Assembly (NCBI RefSeq): GCF_009914755.1
Contig: NC_060938.1
DNA: 64,000 nt
Direction: 5' to 3' (one strand)
Source of the DNA: the human T2T-CHM13v2.0 reference genome, Homo sapiens
The translations under genes and the position numbers were made by a program. The notes beneath the pieces are model-generated. The model saw nothing but the letters and a program-made list of their open reading frames with translations. It searched no databases and was not told the origin of the DNA. Shown in pieces: positions 48,520 through 64,000 of the stretch (position 1 is the first letter of the stretch; each line of letters starts with the position of its first letter).

Positions 48520-49390
48520 GTTTAAGTGGAGATAAAGTGGAATAACAAAAAATGTTAATACTCAATTCACAAGAAGACAAGAGAAAAAAATAACAAGGAT
48601 GTAACAAATGGAAAACAACTAGTAAGTTGGTAGCTTTAAATCCAACATATCCATAATTACATTATATTACACAGTCTGAATCATCCTAGTTCGAAGGAAG
48701 AAGTTGTCAGATTGAATATAAAAAGGTAGATCCAACTCAAGCTGCCTATGAAGAGAAACAGATTAAAAGTAAAAGGATGGAGAGGGATAAAACATGCTGG
48801 CCTTAATCAAAAGAATGACGGAGTAGATTTCAAAACAAGGAATATTGACAGGGTTAAGAGGTATATTACCCTATGATAGAGGAGTAGATTTCTCAAGAAG
48901 GTCTAACAATCCTAAATGTGTATGTACCTAACAACAGAGTCTCAAAGCACATAAAACAAAAACTGATAGTAATGGAGGAAACAGAAAAATCCATAATTAC
49001 AGATGGAGATATCAAAAGAACAAATACACAAAGCAGACAGAAAAATAGTAAGAATAGAGAAGACCTAAAGAGCCCTATCAACCAACTTAACCTAATTGAC
49101 ATTTATTTACAGTACATTCTACCCAACTACAGTAGATACTGATTCTTTTCAAATGCACACAAAATATGTCCCACTATAATTTGGGCCATAAACGAATGTT
49201 AGCGAATTTAAAAGAACTGAAATCAAAGTATGTTCTCTGACCACTACGGAATTAAACCAGAAATCAACAAGAGAAAGATACTGGAAAATCCCTTAGTATT
49301 TGGAAATTAAACAATATACTTCCAAATACCCTATGGACCAAAGAATAAATCACAAGGGAAATTAGAAAATATTTTGAATTGAATAAAATA
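48520..49390 (+). mobile_element. Old L1M ORF2 endonuclease-region fragment
   Basis: YVPNNRVSKHIKQKL and DLKSPINQLNLIDIY resemble L1 EN motifs; multiple frameshifts. Confidence 0.85.
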
Positions 49391-49536
49391 GCCTAAAATA
49401 CTGACACTTTACAAAGCCCACCTGGTCTTAATTAGTACGGTTTGCCTGCAGGTTAAAAGCAATGTGCGATTGTGGCAATTTTATTAAAATAGGAGCAAGG
49501 AACTGAGCTCTCAGTCTCTAAAATAAAGAGCAGATG

Positions 49537-49864
<328 letters not shown>

Positions 49865-50249
49865 GAGCAGATAATGCCTGTAGGACACCCTCCCCTTCAA
49901 CTTCCCCTCTTCCTGCATCACTGGTTCTGTCCAGGTTTCAGATCATAAGTGCATTTTTGTGAACACACACAATGGAATCTCACTCCAGACATCATACCAG
50001 TGTTAGGTATTTCTGGGAAAGCTTGTTGCCCACAGTAAAATCGATTTGCAATAAACCAAGAGGCAGAAGGGTCTCTTCTCAATGAGCAGGAGTCAGCTGT
50101 CACACTGGCTCTGAGCAAACTTCTGTAGACAGCCAGAGGCCTGCAGGAAATTGATTCCATCACCATGGGTGAGACAGCCAGAACCGGGCTTAGACAACAG
50201 GAAAAACGAACCTAGATATGAGAATGTATAGATTACATGTTGTTAACAG

Positions 50250-51110
50250 TAATAACAACACTTATGTACTGCTTACGCTGTTCCAGGCATTATCTCTTTA
50301 ATCTTTACAGCAACCTACGAGATAGGTCCATTCTGCAGAGGGGAGATTGAGGCAAAGCGAGTTAAAAAAATTACTTAGGCTTTCACAGCCAGCAGGGCAG
50401 GGATTCCACTTAGGCAGGCTGTTCTAGCAGCTGAGTGGCTTTAGTGGTTCTATGTTTAAATACACGGTCTCAACGAATCTCACCAGAGGGAGGCCTTATG
50501 ATTGAATGGGGGTAATGGATGCTAAAGAGTTGCCAGTGCCTGCACAGGTGAGCTCAGGCAGAGGCCCAGGGAGGTTAAGTGACTTGCCCATGGTCATAAG
50601 GCTGTTCATGGGAGATTTCAAGCTAGAACTCAGCCCTTATAAACTCCAGTCTGGTGTCCTTTTCCCCACACGACACTGCCTTCCTCAGTTGGGTGCCCCA
50701 GGAGAGTCACTCATATTCCTTGTGACCTGGTGTACACAACTTCCAAAGCACCAGTGTGATCAGCTATAGGTGCAGGTGTGGATATAATAAGCAGAGCAGA
50801 GGTATTATTAGTGGGGCACAGTATTAGCACAATTATGAGAGCTGTTTGGCATGGGGGAGGGGGAGGGCACAAGGAATGACTGGAGTATGTGGTTCCACAT
50901 CATATGGATCTGGTCAGAGAGGCTCCAGTCACACACGTGAGCTGTGTGACCTCAAGTAAGTTATTTAACCCCTCTACGCCTCTATTTCCTCATCTGCAAA
51001 ACTGGGATAATAATAAGCCTCATAGGGTCACTCCAAATATTAAAGTGGCTACTGCACATAAAGCACCTAATCTAGTGCCTGGCACATAGGAAGCGCAAAA
51101 GCAATGTTGG
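50250..51110. mobile_element. Three MIR remnants (~50250-50420, ~50560-50690, ~50900-51110)
   Basis: MIR core motifs (gaggttaagtgacttgccc; gcctctatttcctcatctgcaaaactggg). Confidence 0.65.
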
Positions 51111-51689
51111 CTCACATTTTCCAGGAGTTGCTTCCTGGGTCTGCCTAGGAAGTAATTGCTTAAGTGTACGCTCTTCTGACTATAACCTCTGGATTGATAA
51201 TGAAACCAAGTTTTTCTCTTCTCTCCATTACCTTCTTGAGTGGTGGTTTCTACCCTGTGTCTTCACCAGGTGCTCACCAGCTTCAGCTTAGAGACATTTG
51301 CCTGTGGGAGCCTGTCCCTACAGTCTAGCTTTGTGCTTTCAGTACACACCCAGGGTCTAGGGAATTCCTCTTTGGATCCAGAAAGGGTGTGTCTTGCAAT
51401 GCATTCTTTCCAAAGCTCGGAAGTGGGAGGACTCCAAGGAATGCTCTATAGAATATACATGTACGATATATGTATTTGGCAGAGGGGAGAAAGAAGCCGC
51501 TTGTTTTTTGCTTCCTAGTTTTGTACATTCAGCTTCTTCTAGAGCGAGGTGGGACTTCATTTGAAGTTTTTAGAGAGAGTGTCTCTAGAGTCTTCCTTGA
51601 GATCTGCAGGGGATTTCCCTTAATATTCTGGCCCCTCCCATTGGAAGCATCCAAAGCTGCCTACTGGACCGACTGAAATGCTGGAATCT

Positions 51690-52010
51690 GGCCGGGCGCG
51701 GTGGCTCACGCCTGTAATCCCAGCACTTTGGGAGGCCGAGGTGGGCGGATCACGAGGTCAGGACTTCGAGACCAGCCTGACCAACATGGTGAAACCCCGT
51801 CTCTACTAAAAGTACAAAAATTAGCCAGGTGTGGTGGCACGCACCTGTAATCCCAGCTACTCAGGAGGCTGAGGCAGGAGAATCGCTTGAACTCGGGAGG
51901 CGGAGGTTGCAGTGCCGAGATCACATCACTGTGCTCCAGCCTGGGGGACAGAGCGAAATTCCCTCTCAAAAAAAAAAAAAAAAAAAAAAAAAGAAAGAAA
52001 GAAAGAAAAG
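51690..52010 (+). mobile_element. AluSg-like
   Basis: TSD TGCTGGAATCT; A/(GAAA)n tail. Confidence 0.95.
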
Positions 52011-52299
52011 AAATGAAGTGCTGGAATCTTTCTCCTTGAACCAAAATGCCAAGAATGAACTCTTGGTAACACGTATCAAGAGCCTTAGAGAGATTCACAT
52101 TCCACTTCGTGTGTGTGATGCTTTGTGTGTGTGAAGATAGCTTAAGTATATATACATACTTTATTTTGAGATACAGTTTACCATAGTGAACAAAGAACAT
52201 GATGGCTAGCTAGTTAGCTAGTTATAAGGTTATACCCAAAATGTTAATGATGGTTTTGTCTAGGTGATGAAATTATAGATGATTTTTCTTTTCATGTAT

Positions 52300-53240
52300 C
52301 TAAACTTTTCTACCAAAAGAATCACTTGGGTAATTTATCCTAAGAAAATAGCCACTTATACTGACAAAGATATTTTAACAGCATAATTTATGGAGAAAAC
52401 TATGACTGAAATATTTGCCAATAGGAAATTACTTAACTATGGTATGTATGGTTCATCCATATAATGACATATAGTGCATACATAAAAAATGACAATTACA
52501 AAGAATATTTAGTATTGTGGGGAACATTCATAATCTAATGTTAAGTAAACACAGAATTTAGAACTATATATAATGATACATTCAACAGAATGGCTAAAAT
52601 TTAAAAGTCTGGCCATCTCAAGTTTTGGTGAGGATGTGAAGGAACTGGAATGCTCATATATGACTGATGGGATGGTACAATGGTACGAACACTTTGAAAG
52701 ACACTTTGACTTTATATATATATAAGTTTAAACATATACATACCTTATGATTCAGAAACTCCACTGCCAGGTATTTACTCAAGAGAGATGAAGACATGTC
52801 CACACAATGACTTGTTCATAGTAGCTTTATTCATAATTGCCCCAAACTGGAAACAACCCAAATGTCTATCAACAGGTGGATGAATAAACTGTGGTGTGAC
52901 CATACAATGGAACATTACTGAGTAATCAAGAGGAATGAACTACTTAGACCTGAAACAACATGGATAAACCTCAGAAACATTATGCAGAGTGACAGAAGCA
53001 GACACAAAAGGAATGCATGCTGTATGATTCCATTTATATGAAATATTAGGAAAACAAATATAATCTATGGTGCCAGAAAGCTGATCAGTGGCTGCCTGGA
53101 GCTGGGGATTGAGGGAATTGACTGAGAAAGGCCACATGGGAACTTTTTGGGGTAATGGAAGTATTCTATATATCTTGATTATGGTAGTGGTTCTGTGAGT
53201 GCATAAAGAGGTATTTGTTGCCACTATTTACAATATGGCT
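52300..53240 (+). mobile_element. L1M (ME/MB-like) 3' fragments
   Basis: ccccaaactggaaacaacccaaatgtctatcaacagg...gaagcagacacaaaag L1 3' motifs. Confidence 0.8.
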
Positions 53241-53279
53241 AAGTAAAAGATATTTAGTATATGTGCATGTATAGCTATA

Positions 53280-53698
53280 TGCTACAGTTTGGATGTTTGT
53301 TCCCCGCAAGACTCATGTTGAAATTTGATCCCCAGTGTTGGAGGTGGGGCCTCATGGGAGGTGTTTGGGCACAGGGAGTGGATCCCTCATGAATGTCTTG
53401 GTGCCATCTTTGTCCTTGAGGTCATAAGTGAGATCTTGCTCTATTAGTGCCTATGAGAGCCTGGTACTCCCCCACCATAACCCCTTTGCTTCCTTTCTGG
53501 CTATGTGATCTCTGCACATGCCAGCTCCCCTTTGCCTTCCACCATGATTGGAAGTTTCCTGAAGCCCTCACCAGAAGCAGATAATGGCTCCATGTTTCTT
53601 GTACAGCCTGAAGAACTATGAGCCAAATAAAGCTCTTTTCTTTATCAATTGCGCAGCCTCTGGTCTTCCTTTATAACAACACACAACAGACTAAGACA
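53280..53698 (+). mobile_element. MST (MSTB-like) MaLR solo LTR
   Basis: tgctacagtttggatgtttg...aataaa...agactaagaca termini. Confidence 0.85.
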
Positions 53699-53980
53699 AT
53701 AAACATGTATACATATACACATATACATAGGACATGAGATCTCAATTTTGAAAATATAAAGGGAAGCAGAAAAAGAACAGCAGGGGCATACTTACCGAAA
53801 GGCCTCTAGCTCATGCAGTTACAAGAGATTAAACAATTAGTTTAATACTTTTATTTTTTTCTAGATTTTCTTCCATGAACAAATATTTAATATGTAAGTA
53901 AAACAATCTTAAAATAATTAAATTCTTATTTAAAAATTTTCATCTAAAAATATTTAAGGACTATTTGGTGATACATGTCA

Positions 53981-54289
<309 letters not shown>

Positions 54290-56198
54290 GGCAGGGTTGG
54301 GGAGGCAGGGGGTACCTTGTTCCCTAGTTAACTGACTGTATCTCTTTACCAAGGCAGTGAACTCCCTGCCAGTCAAAGCATGTGAGAAAAGAACCCCACA
54401 ATGCTGAGTAATGCATCGCAGCAAGTGGGTGCCTCCTAAAAATTTAGAGGGTGTAGATGAGGTAAGCACATTTTGCCCAAGTATCGTGCTGAGATCACTG
54501 AGCCCTCAGTATGGGCAGAGCCCTATCCCAGGACCTTCAGGGAGGTGGAGCTAAAGGGACTTCTGGGCGGACCCTCTGGGAATCCTGACCTAAAGGACCT
54601 CTGTGAGGACCACCTCCTCACTCCAGGGTGTGTACCACCCAGTCACATGGGCATAAGGAGACAGACACCCTGGAGTATCACTCCATGGGGTGGATGATAC
54701 TGGGAAGGACTCATTTTCAGAGGGACACTCCCAAAGCTGGCACCCCCGATGGCCATCACCCTCCTTGAACTCCAACATGGTGAGAGCCACAGCTTCTTCT
54801 TTGGTACCTCCCACTCCCATAGCTCCTGTATATGAAGGTAGCCAATGACTAATTTTGCTGAATTAGGTCATTTTTTTTTAAGTTGACTTTGTGGGACAAA
54901 GGGAAATGAGCCATTTCTCTTGACAGAGGGTGCTGATGCCAAAGCCATGGCTGAGGGCAGGAACCATGATCCAAACTTCTCCCAGAGGTTAGCAATTCCT
55001 GAATGTTCTCGTGCAGTCCTTGGGAAAGATCGAGAAGTCAGCCAAACCCGTTCTTTGTCCGAAATACGCAGTTGCTTCTTCACTCACTTCCCGCCCTTGG
55101 TCTTCTTCCTCCAAATCATTTTCACCCAGACTAGTTCCACCACCAGAGCATGTCCCCGGCTCGGCCAACCGATCACAGAGAACGAGCCATTCTGGTTGAA
55201 ACCTGGCTCGTCTTGCTCAAATGATCTTCTCAGTGGCTTGCTTTGTATCTTCAAGCCACACTCTCTGGCTTTATTCTAACTTCCCTGCACTGAAAAGAAA
55301 GCTGAGGAAATTTGGCATTGCCGTTCCCTGTAGACCTGCCACGCACCACAGGAAGTGGATGTGGCACTGAGAAACCAGGCTGGCCCTGCCCACAACACAT
55401 AATTATTGGTTTTACTATTTGGATGGTTTAATCCAGTGCCAGGTCTCTTGTTCTTGAAGGCGCAAGGACATAATCCCCTGTCCTTTCTTCCAAAGCAAAC
55501 CCAGGGAGCCTTTATTCTCTAGGCTGATTTCCTTTGACGAGGTTTTCCTGGCTTTCTTCACTCACCTCGGGCACTAATTATGGCCCACACCCGCTTCCAT
55601 CTGTTGTGGTTTCTGAGCTAGGAATGGAAGTGTAGTTGGATGTTTTATCATCACTTTGGAACATGGGCCTAAAAAAGCACAACCTTCCCTGTAATTTCCA
55701 CCCCTCTAGGCTTCTGTTCAGCCTTGGTTTTTGCTGAAACAGCACATTAAGCAAAGAATAGACAAGATATGGGTCATTTTCAGAAGTGCCACCCACCTCC
55801 CTATCTTATTAGAAAAGCCAATCAAATGACGGAGCCAGTTTCCATCTTTAATCATCCATCCATCAACAAGGAAGCAGATATTTACCCCATACCTGCCAAG
55901 ATGCCAAGAGGCCGTGGGAGATTCACAAAGGTAGAGGTCTGCCCTCTGCCCCAAGTAGTTCACCACCTAGACTGTGCAGTCAGAACATAGTCTCAGCATA
56001 GACCCATGAAGCTGATCAAGAACAGATCAATACTCAACCCAGGAGAAGACGCACAGCAATATGGAGTTACATTTGTTGCATATGCGGTGGACAGCTTTAC
56101 AAACTCAGAGCAGTTTGAGGTCACTGTGGCCTGGAGGGCTCATGGAAGGAGAATCAGAAGAGCTCTTTGAACTGAGTCTTAAAAATCAAGGAAGAGAG

Positions 56199-56801
<603 letters not shown>

Positions 56802-58016
56802 ATTAAGGAAGAGTTATTCAAGAAAGGAAGGAAAACAATCAAGCTATTCTACACTGTGTGAAAGTGAGGGTGAGCTGAGCCCTTCCAGGGGCTGACGCTG
56901 TGGCCCCTTCCTTTACTTTGAAATGCTTCCTTTCTGCTTCAACTGGTTTAACCAAATAACAGAACCCTGTTAGGCTGCAGGCCTACCCCTAAATCAAATG
57001 ACGATTTGAACTCCTGAAGGTGAAGGAGCCCCTAAATCCCAGCTCCCCCACGCTGGCCCCAAGTGACCCAATACATGCATATATAGTCTCAGAAATAAGA
57101 ATAGCTCATTTCAGAAGCTGGGGTCAGGTGTGGGGTTGGACAGAGGGTGAGCCAAAGGCTAGCCGGGGTGGAAGGTGAGGGGCAGGAAGATACCCCAGAA
57201 AGAGCTGCCGAAGAATGGTGAAGATTTGTGCAGAGACTCTTATAGGCTTGAGGAGGTCAGACAACAGGCTGCTCTGTTTGTCTTGTAGGTAGGGGCAGAA
57301 AGGCAAATAGAAGGAAAGAATCCAGAGCTGATCTGCCCCACCCTCTGAGTTCCATATTGAGCCTTTGTAATCCAATAGTAAGATTCTCCCTGAGGCAACA
57401 GACTCTTATGTCTCCCCGCTTTCACAGCTACAGGGATTTCATACTTTAAACTCTGCACATGGAGGGAAAATAACAGGAAGGACATGCGCGGTGAGCTCTG
57501 TGACCTTGGGTCTCTTGTCGGTCTCAGTGCCTCTGCGCTGTTTCCTTGCACTTGACCTGGGTGTCCTGGCTGCTGCCAACTCCGGAGCCAGCTCTTGCCT
57601 CGGCTCACCAGCTTCTCCCCGCACCCCCTGGCTGCACTTTCTCTTTTTGATCTCTATGCTAACAACAGCCCAGGCAAGTCAGGAGTACCACGGGGCCTGC
57701 CCAGGCCCTTCTTCTGGATCTGGAGCAGGAGGGAGGAAGAGGCAGGAGCCCAGCATGTGTGAGGGGTGAAGCCAGAGGAGAACACTGGGAGTGCCCCCCG
57801 ACTTGCTCCGTGAGGGCCTCTGCCGGGTCTGAAGGGCTGCTCAGGAAAACATGCACCTGAGCCAGTGGCCCTGGGGCTCTCAGCCTGCCTGGGAGCTGGG
57901 AGCCGGGAGCCACTGTAGTTTGGTTTTTGTGTGGGAGTTGCCTTTTATTTTTACCTGTGTATTTATTCATCTGGATTGTATGATAACTCTAAGAGGACAG
58001 GTCTAGTCTTCACCAC

Positions 58017-58394
58017 TGATACAGTTTGGCTGTGTCCCTACCCAAATCTCATCTTGAATTGTAGCTCCCATAATCCCCACATGTTGTGAGAGGGACCTGG
58101 TGGGAGGTAATTGAATCATGGGGACGGTTACCCCCATGCTGCTGTTCCTGTGATAGTGAGTGAGTTCTCATGAGATCTGATGGTTTTTAAGGGCTTTTTT
58201 CCCCCCTTTTGCTTGGCACTTCTTGCTACCACCATGTGAAGAAGGACATGTTTGCTTCCCTTTCTGCCATGACTGTTAAGTTTCTGGAGGCCTCCCGAGC
58301 CCTGCTGAACTACGAGTCAATTAAACCTCTTTTCTTTATAAATTACCCAGTCTTGGGTATGTCTTTATTAGCAGCATGAGAATGGACTAATACA
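58017..58394 (+). mobile_element. THE1D-like solo LTR
   Basis: tgatacagtttggctgtgtccc...ggactaataca; 5-bp flanks ACCAC/AACAC. Confidence 0.9.
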
Positions 58395-59188
58395 AACACT
58401 ATCAGCAAGAAGTGTCATAATGGCACTGCCAAGGGGAGGTGCCCAGTGAGGCTTTCTTCAAATGAAAAGACAATATAAGCTTCAAGAGGGTGAGGTGGAG
58501 GGGTTTGCTGTTTTATTTATTGCTGTAACCTCTAGTCTGGGGGTGGGGATCCACTGTGCTATGTTAGAAGCATGATAAGGGAAAGAGAATCACCATCTTT
58601 ACTGTTCCCATAGGTGTAAAAACCACTTACAGTTCCTTTGTCAGGAGTATTGGAGACCTATGTGCTTGTCACATAGTAGGTACTAAGTAAATATATACTT
58701 TTTATTGAATTAAGTAAGCATTTACCCTGATATAGGCTAGAAGCCTTTTTAAAAGGTTATGACCTGGAGAAAGTCATGGCAAAATTTTTGCAGAGCCCAA
58801 ATTCCAGATCACTCCATCCATTTAACATTTACTGAGTGCCTACTATATGCTGGGCACAATAATAGATGTTTGGGATACAAAAATGAATCAGATATGAACC
58901 TGTCTTCAAGAGGGCCACAGGTTTTTTAACTAAGGGGAAAAAAAGCATTGCAGGAGTTGGGCAGAATCAGAGAGGTTGTTTAGAGAAGTGGATAAAAGCA
59001 TGGGTCCTGGCCTCAGGCAGATGAAGTTTTAAATATTTATCTAAGCCTAAATTTTCTTATCTGTAATGAAGGATAATCATCATTTCTGTTTATTGTAAAG
59101 GTTGTTGTGAGAATTAAATGAGCTAATGCATGAGGCTCACTTTGCACACGGCATGGCTTGCACTAAACACAGTAAACACAAAGGGTCC

Positions 59189-59905
<717 letters not shown>

Positions 59906-60319
59906 TCACAAAAGACTCCTCAGTGGGGGACTCAAGCGAAGTCTCCAAGGATGAGTGGAGGTTCAAGTAGGCAGAGAGGAGGGTGTGTTAGATGGGACGA
60001 TGTCGAGGAGAACGATACACAGTTCTTCTAGGTCCAGCAGATGAAGGAGCCCCAGGAAGCCACTGGGGGAGGGCTCAGTGCAGAAGCTGCCATGACTACT
60101 CCCTACCCAACACACAGCCTTTGGCAGTTTCCGCTCCCCTCCATGGGATCTCTGTAGTGTCACCTATGCATTTAGAGCACCCTGAACCACCACACTGACC
60201 CCTAGGATGTGCTTCAGCTACATCCCCAAGCACATGGAAGATATGCACACAGCAATGGGGTGACCATTTGTGAGTTGTCAGACTTCAGCAGGGCGGGGCC
60301 AAACACCACCTGAAACTGC

Positions 60320-60545
60320 CTTGGTGCCAGGCTCTAAGCATTTCACCTATATTAACTCCTTTAACCCTCACAATGAGCCAAGAAGGTAGGTACTATTATT
60401 TGTCCCATTTTATAATTGGGAAAACAAAGGCACAGAGAGGTGATGCACTTTGCTTGAGGTCACATAGCTAGGAAATGGTGGAGGAAGGCTTAAAGACAAG
60501 GCAGTCTAGTCCAGAGGTGGGGCTTCTAGCCACCATCCTATGCTG
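60320..60545 (-). mobile_element. MIR
   Basis: cccattttataattgggaaaacaaaggcacagagaggtgatgcactttgcttgaggtcacatagct. Confidence 0.75.
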
Positions 60546-61277
60546 AAAGCATGATAAGGGGTAGAGAATCACAGTCTTTACTGTTTCTATGGGTGTAAAT
60601 ACCACTTCAAGTTGCCTTTTGAGGAGAGTTGGAGACCTATGTACAGCTCACTGAAAATCTAAAGACTATCTGCACACTCTTCCCAGAAAACACAAGGTTG
60701 CAAATGTAATTCTAGTGGGTTGTGGGTCCCCTGAAGACTATCTGTGGACGCTACAGGCCTGTGAACTTGAGGTTAATGGGTGTGAGATTTCCAGTGTGGC
60801 CTGGAGACAGGGGTGGGGGAGGGAAGTGCGTTTGCTGGAGAGTGCCAAGCAGGGGGCAGACTGGTTCTGAGGCCATGGCCAGGCCCAGCTGAGCGCAGAT
60901 GATGTGCTAGCCAGGCTGGCCGTGACTGCGTGCTGCCCAGCTCACTGCTTAGCTCTTTGGAGATGAAAGTGCTCGCCTCAAACTCTGAATCATCCCTTGC
61001 TATTTCTTTACATATTTTTGCAAGAAGGAAGTCTTTATTTGGAATGATTCACGAACATCTTATAAATCAAGAGATACACAAAACAGACTTCAAGGAGCTA
61101 TAGAAACCTACAGAGACACAGAAGCTATAAAAACAAACTGTTTCCAAGGGCCCTGTGCTGTGGCAAAGCATGTCTCACATGCAGGGAAAAGAAAATTAAA
61201 ATCAACCCTGTAAGAGATAGATTAGAAATCTAGTTAATATAATGCACAGCTATTTTCTTTTTTAATAAAGGGAGTCA

Positions 61278-61690
<413 letters not shown>

Positions 61691-61885
61691 CTACTTTTAC
61701 TTTTTCTGCTTTTGCTGCTTCTGGGAGCTACCTTTTTCCCTCTAAATAATATGCTTACCTTCTGTTGTTCTGCTCCGACAGACTAGGATTTAGATATGTC
61801 ACCACCCTGTGACCCCACCATTTCTTTAGAGCTAAATTCCTATTTTTCACTCTATTGCATTGGTTAAGAATGTAACTTTGAAATG

Positions 61886-62226
61886 CAGTTGGCCCTCTGT
61901 ACCTGTGTGTCCTGAATTCTTGGGCTCAATCAATCACAGATCAAAAGCATTTGAGAAAAAAAATGACATCTGTACTGAACATGTACAGACTTCTTGTCAT
62001 TATCCCCTAAACAACAGAGTATAACAACTATTTATATAGCATTTACATTGTATTAGGTATCATAAGTAACCTAGAGATGATTTATATGGGAGGATTTATG
62101 ATTTATAGTGGAGGATTGCATGGGTTATATGCAAATACTACACCATTTATATCAGGGACTTGAGTATCTGCAGATTTTGGTGGAGGGTCCTGGAACCAAT
62201 CCCCCATGGGTACCGAAGAACAACTG
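61886..62226. mobile_element. MER2 (TcMar-Tigger) DNA transposon
   Basis: CAGTTG...CAACTG termini, TA on the right flank, ~340 bp, MER2-like body. Confidence 0.85.
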
Positions 62227-62986
62227 TATATATACTTAAGTCTCTATCTCTCATTCATTCCACTTTTGCGAATCTGTCTTGTTTCCCTACTGTACAGATG
62301 AGAAAAGGAGGTTTGGAAAGATCATCCCTTGCCCAAGACCACATAGTTGGTAAATGGTAGAGCTGGATACAAGCCCAGGTCAGCCCCTACCATCCCCAGA
62401 CTACAACTACTGTGGTCCCCGAGACATTTTTGCCTGACACCTATCCCTGAAGGGGTCAGCTGCTATTTTTACACCTGTTACTATGCAGAAAGAGAAGTCT
62501 CCCCCAGGACTCAGCTCTGCTGTGGATACCACATTAGCAGGTGGAAGAGGGGGGTTTACAGAATGGATTGCAGAGGACAGCAGTTCAGTCCTGGAAGTCT
62601 TGGACCCATTTGAATTCCGTCATTCTCTTGTTGCCAGAAGCAGGATTAAGAGTTACTCCAGGTTATTTTAAACCAATAAAGGTTGTCAGGTGGCAGTCTG
62701 CTCAGAGGTTCCCTGTTCAGCACTGTCACTCAATAGTAGCAAAAGACAACAAAGGTGTGGAAGTGAGTAGCTCTTTGCCTAGTGTCCTGCCCCAAGTCTG
62801 GAAAGACAGTAGAGGTCTCACTGGTGTCACCCTCACTGGGAGTCTCCCTCCTCTATGGAATGGTGGAAGACTGTTCTCATCACTCTTTGATAATTTAAAT
62901 CCCAGATCAGACCTGGGTACAGCTGATAATAATTGTTTCTCAAGCTTTTTCAGTTGATCTACTAGTAGATCTGAATACAGAGCCCA

Positions 62987-64000
<1,014 letters not shown>

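Noticed and set aside
60548-60654. Possible C/D box snoRNA (ATGATAA...CTGA) in the duplicated unit
   Set aside because: Box C is non-canonical, there is no terminal stem, and the other copy lacks CTGA.

Overview
Primate (very likely human) genomic DNA, rich in Alu, L1, L2, MIR, LTR and DNA-transposon repeats. The + strand carries six coding exons (159-21135) whose GT-AG junctions and phases join into one open frame. I recognise this from memory as the 3' half of PPP1R36 (C14orf50, 14q23.3). About 7.5 kb downstream, on the - strand, is a full-length ~5.06-kb processed retrocopy of NUP50 (probably NUP50P1, 28658-33717). It has an exact 17-bp target-site duplication and a retained CpG-rich 5' UTR. 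It also carries a 445-codon ATG-initiated ORF, because all visible disablements fall in the C-terminal third. The rest (34-64 kb) looks intergenic and repeat-dominated. The most unusual observations are (i) the NUP50 retrocopy ORF and promoter remnant, (ii) a 43-bp inverted templated insertion inside an Alu, (iii) an old ~130-bp local duplication pasted into an L2 tail, and (iv) an LTR16-derived candidate alternative last exon. I see no convincing evidence of a wholly new biological system. Repeat subfamily calls and most repeat boundaries are by eye and approximate.
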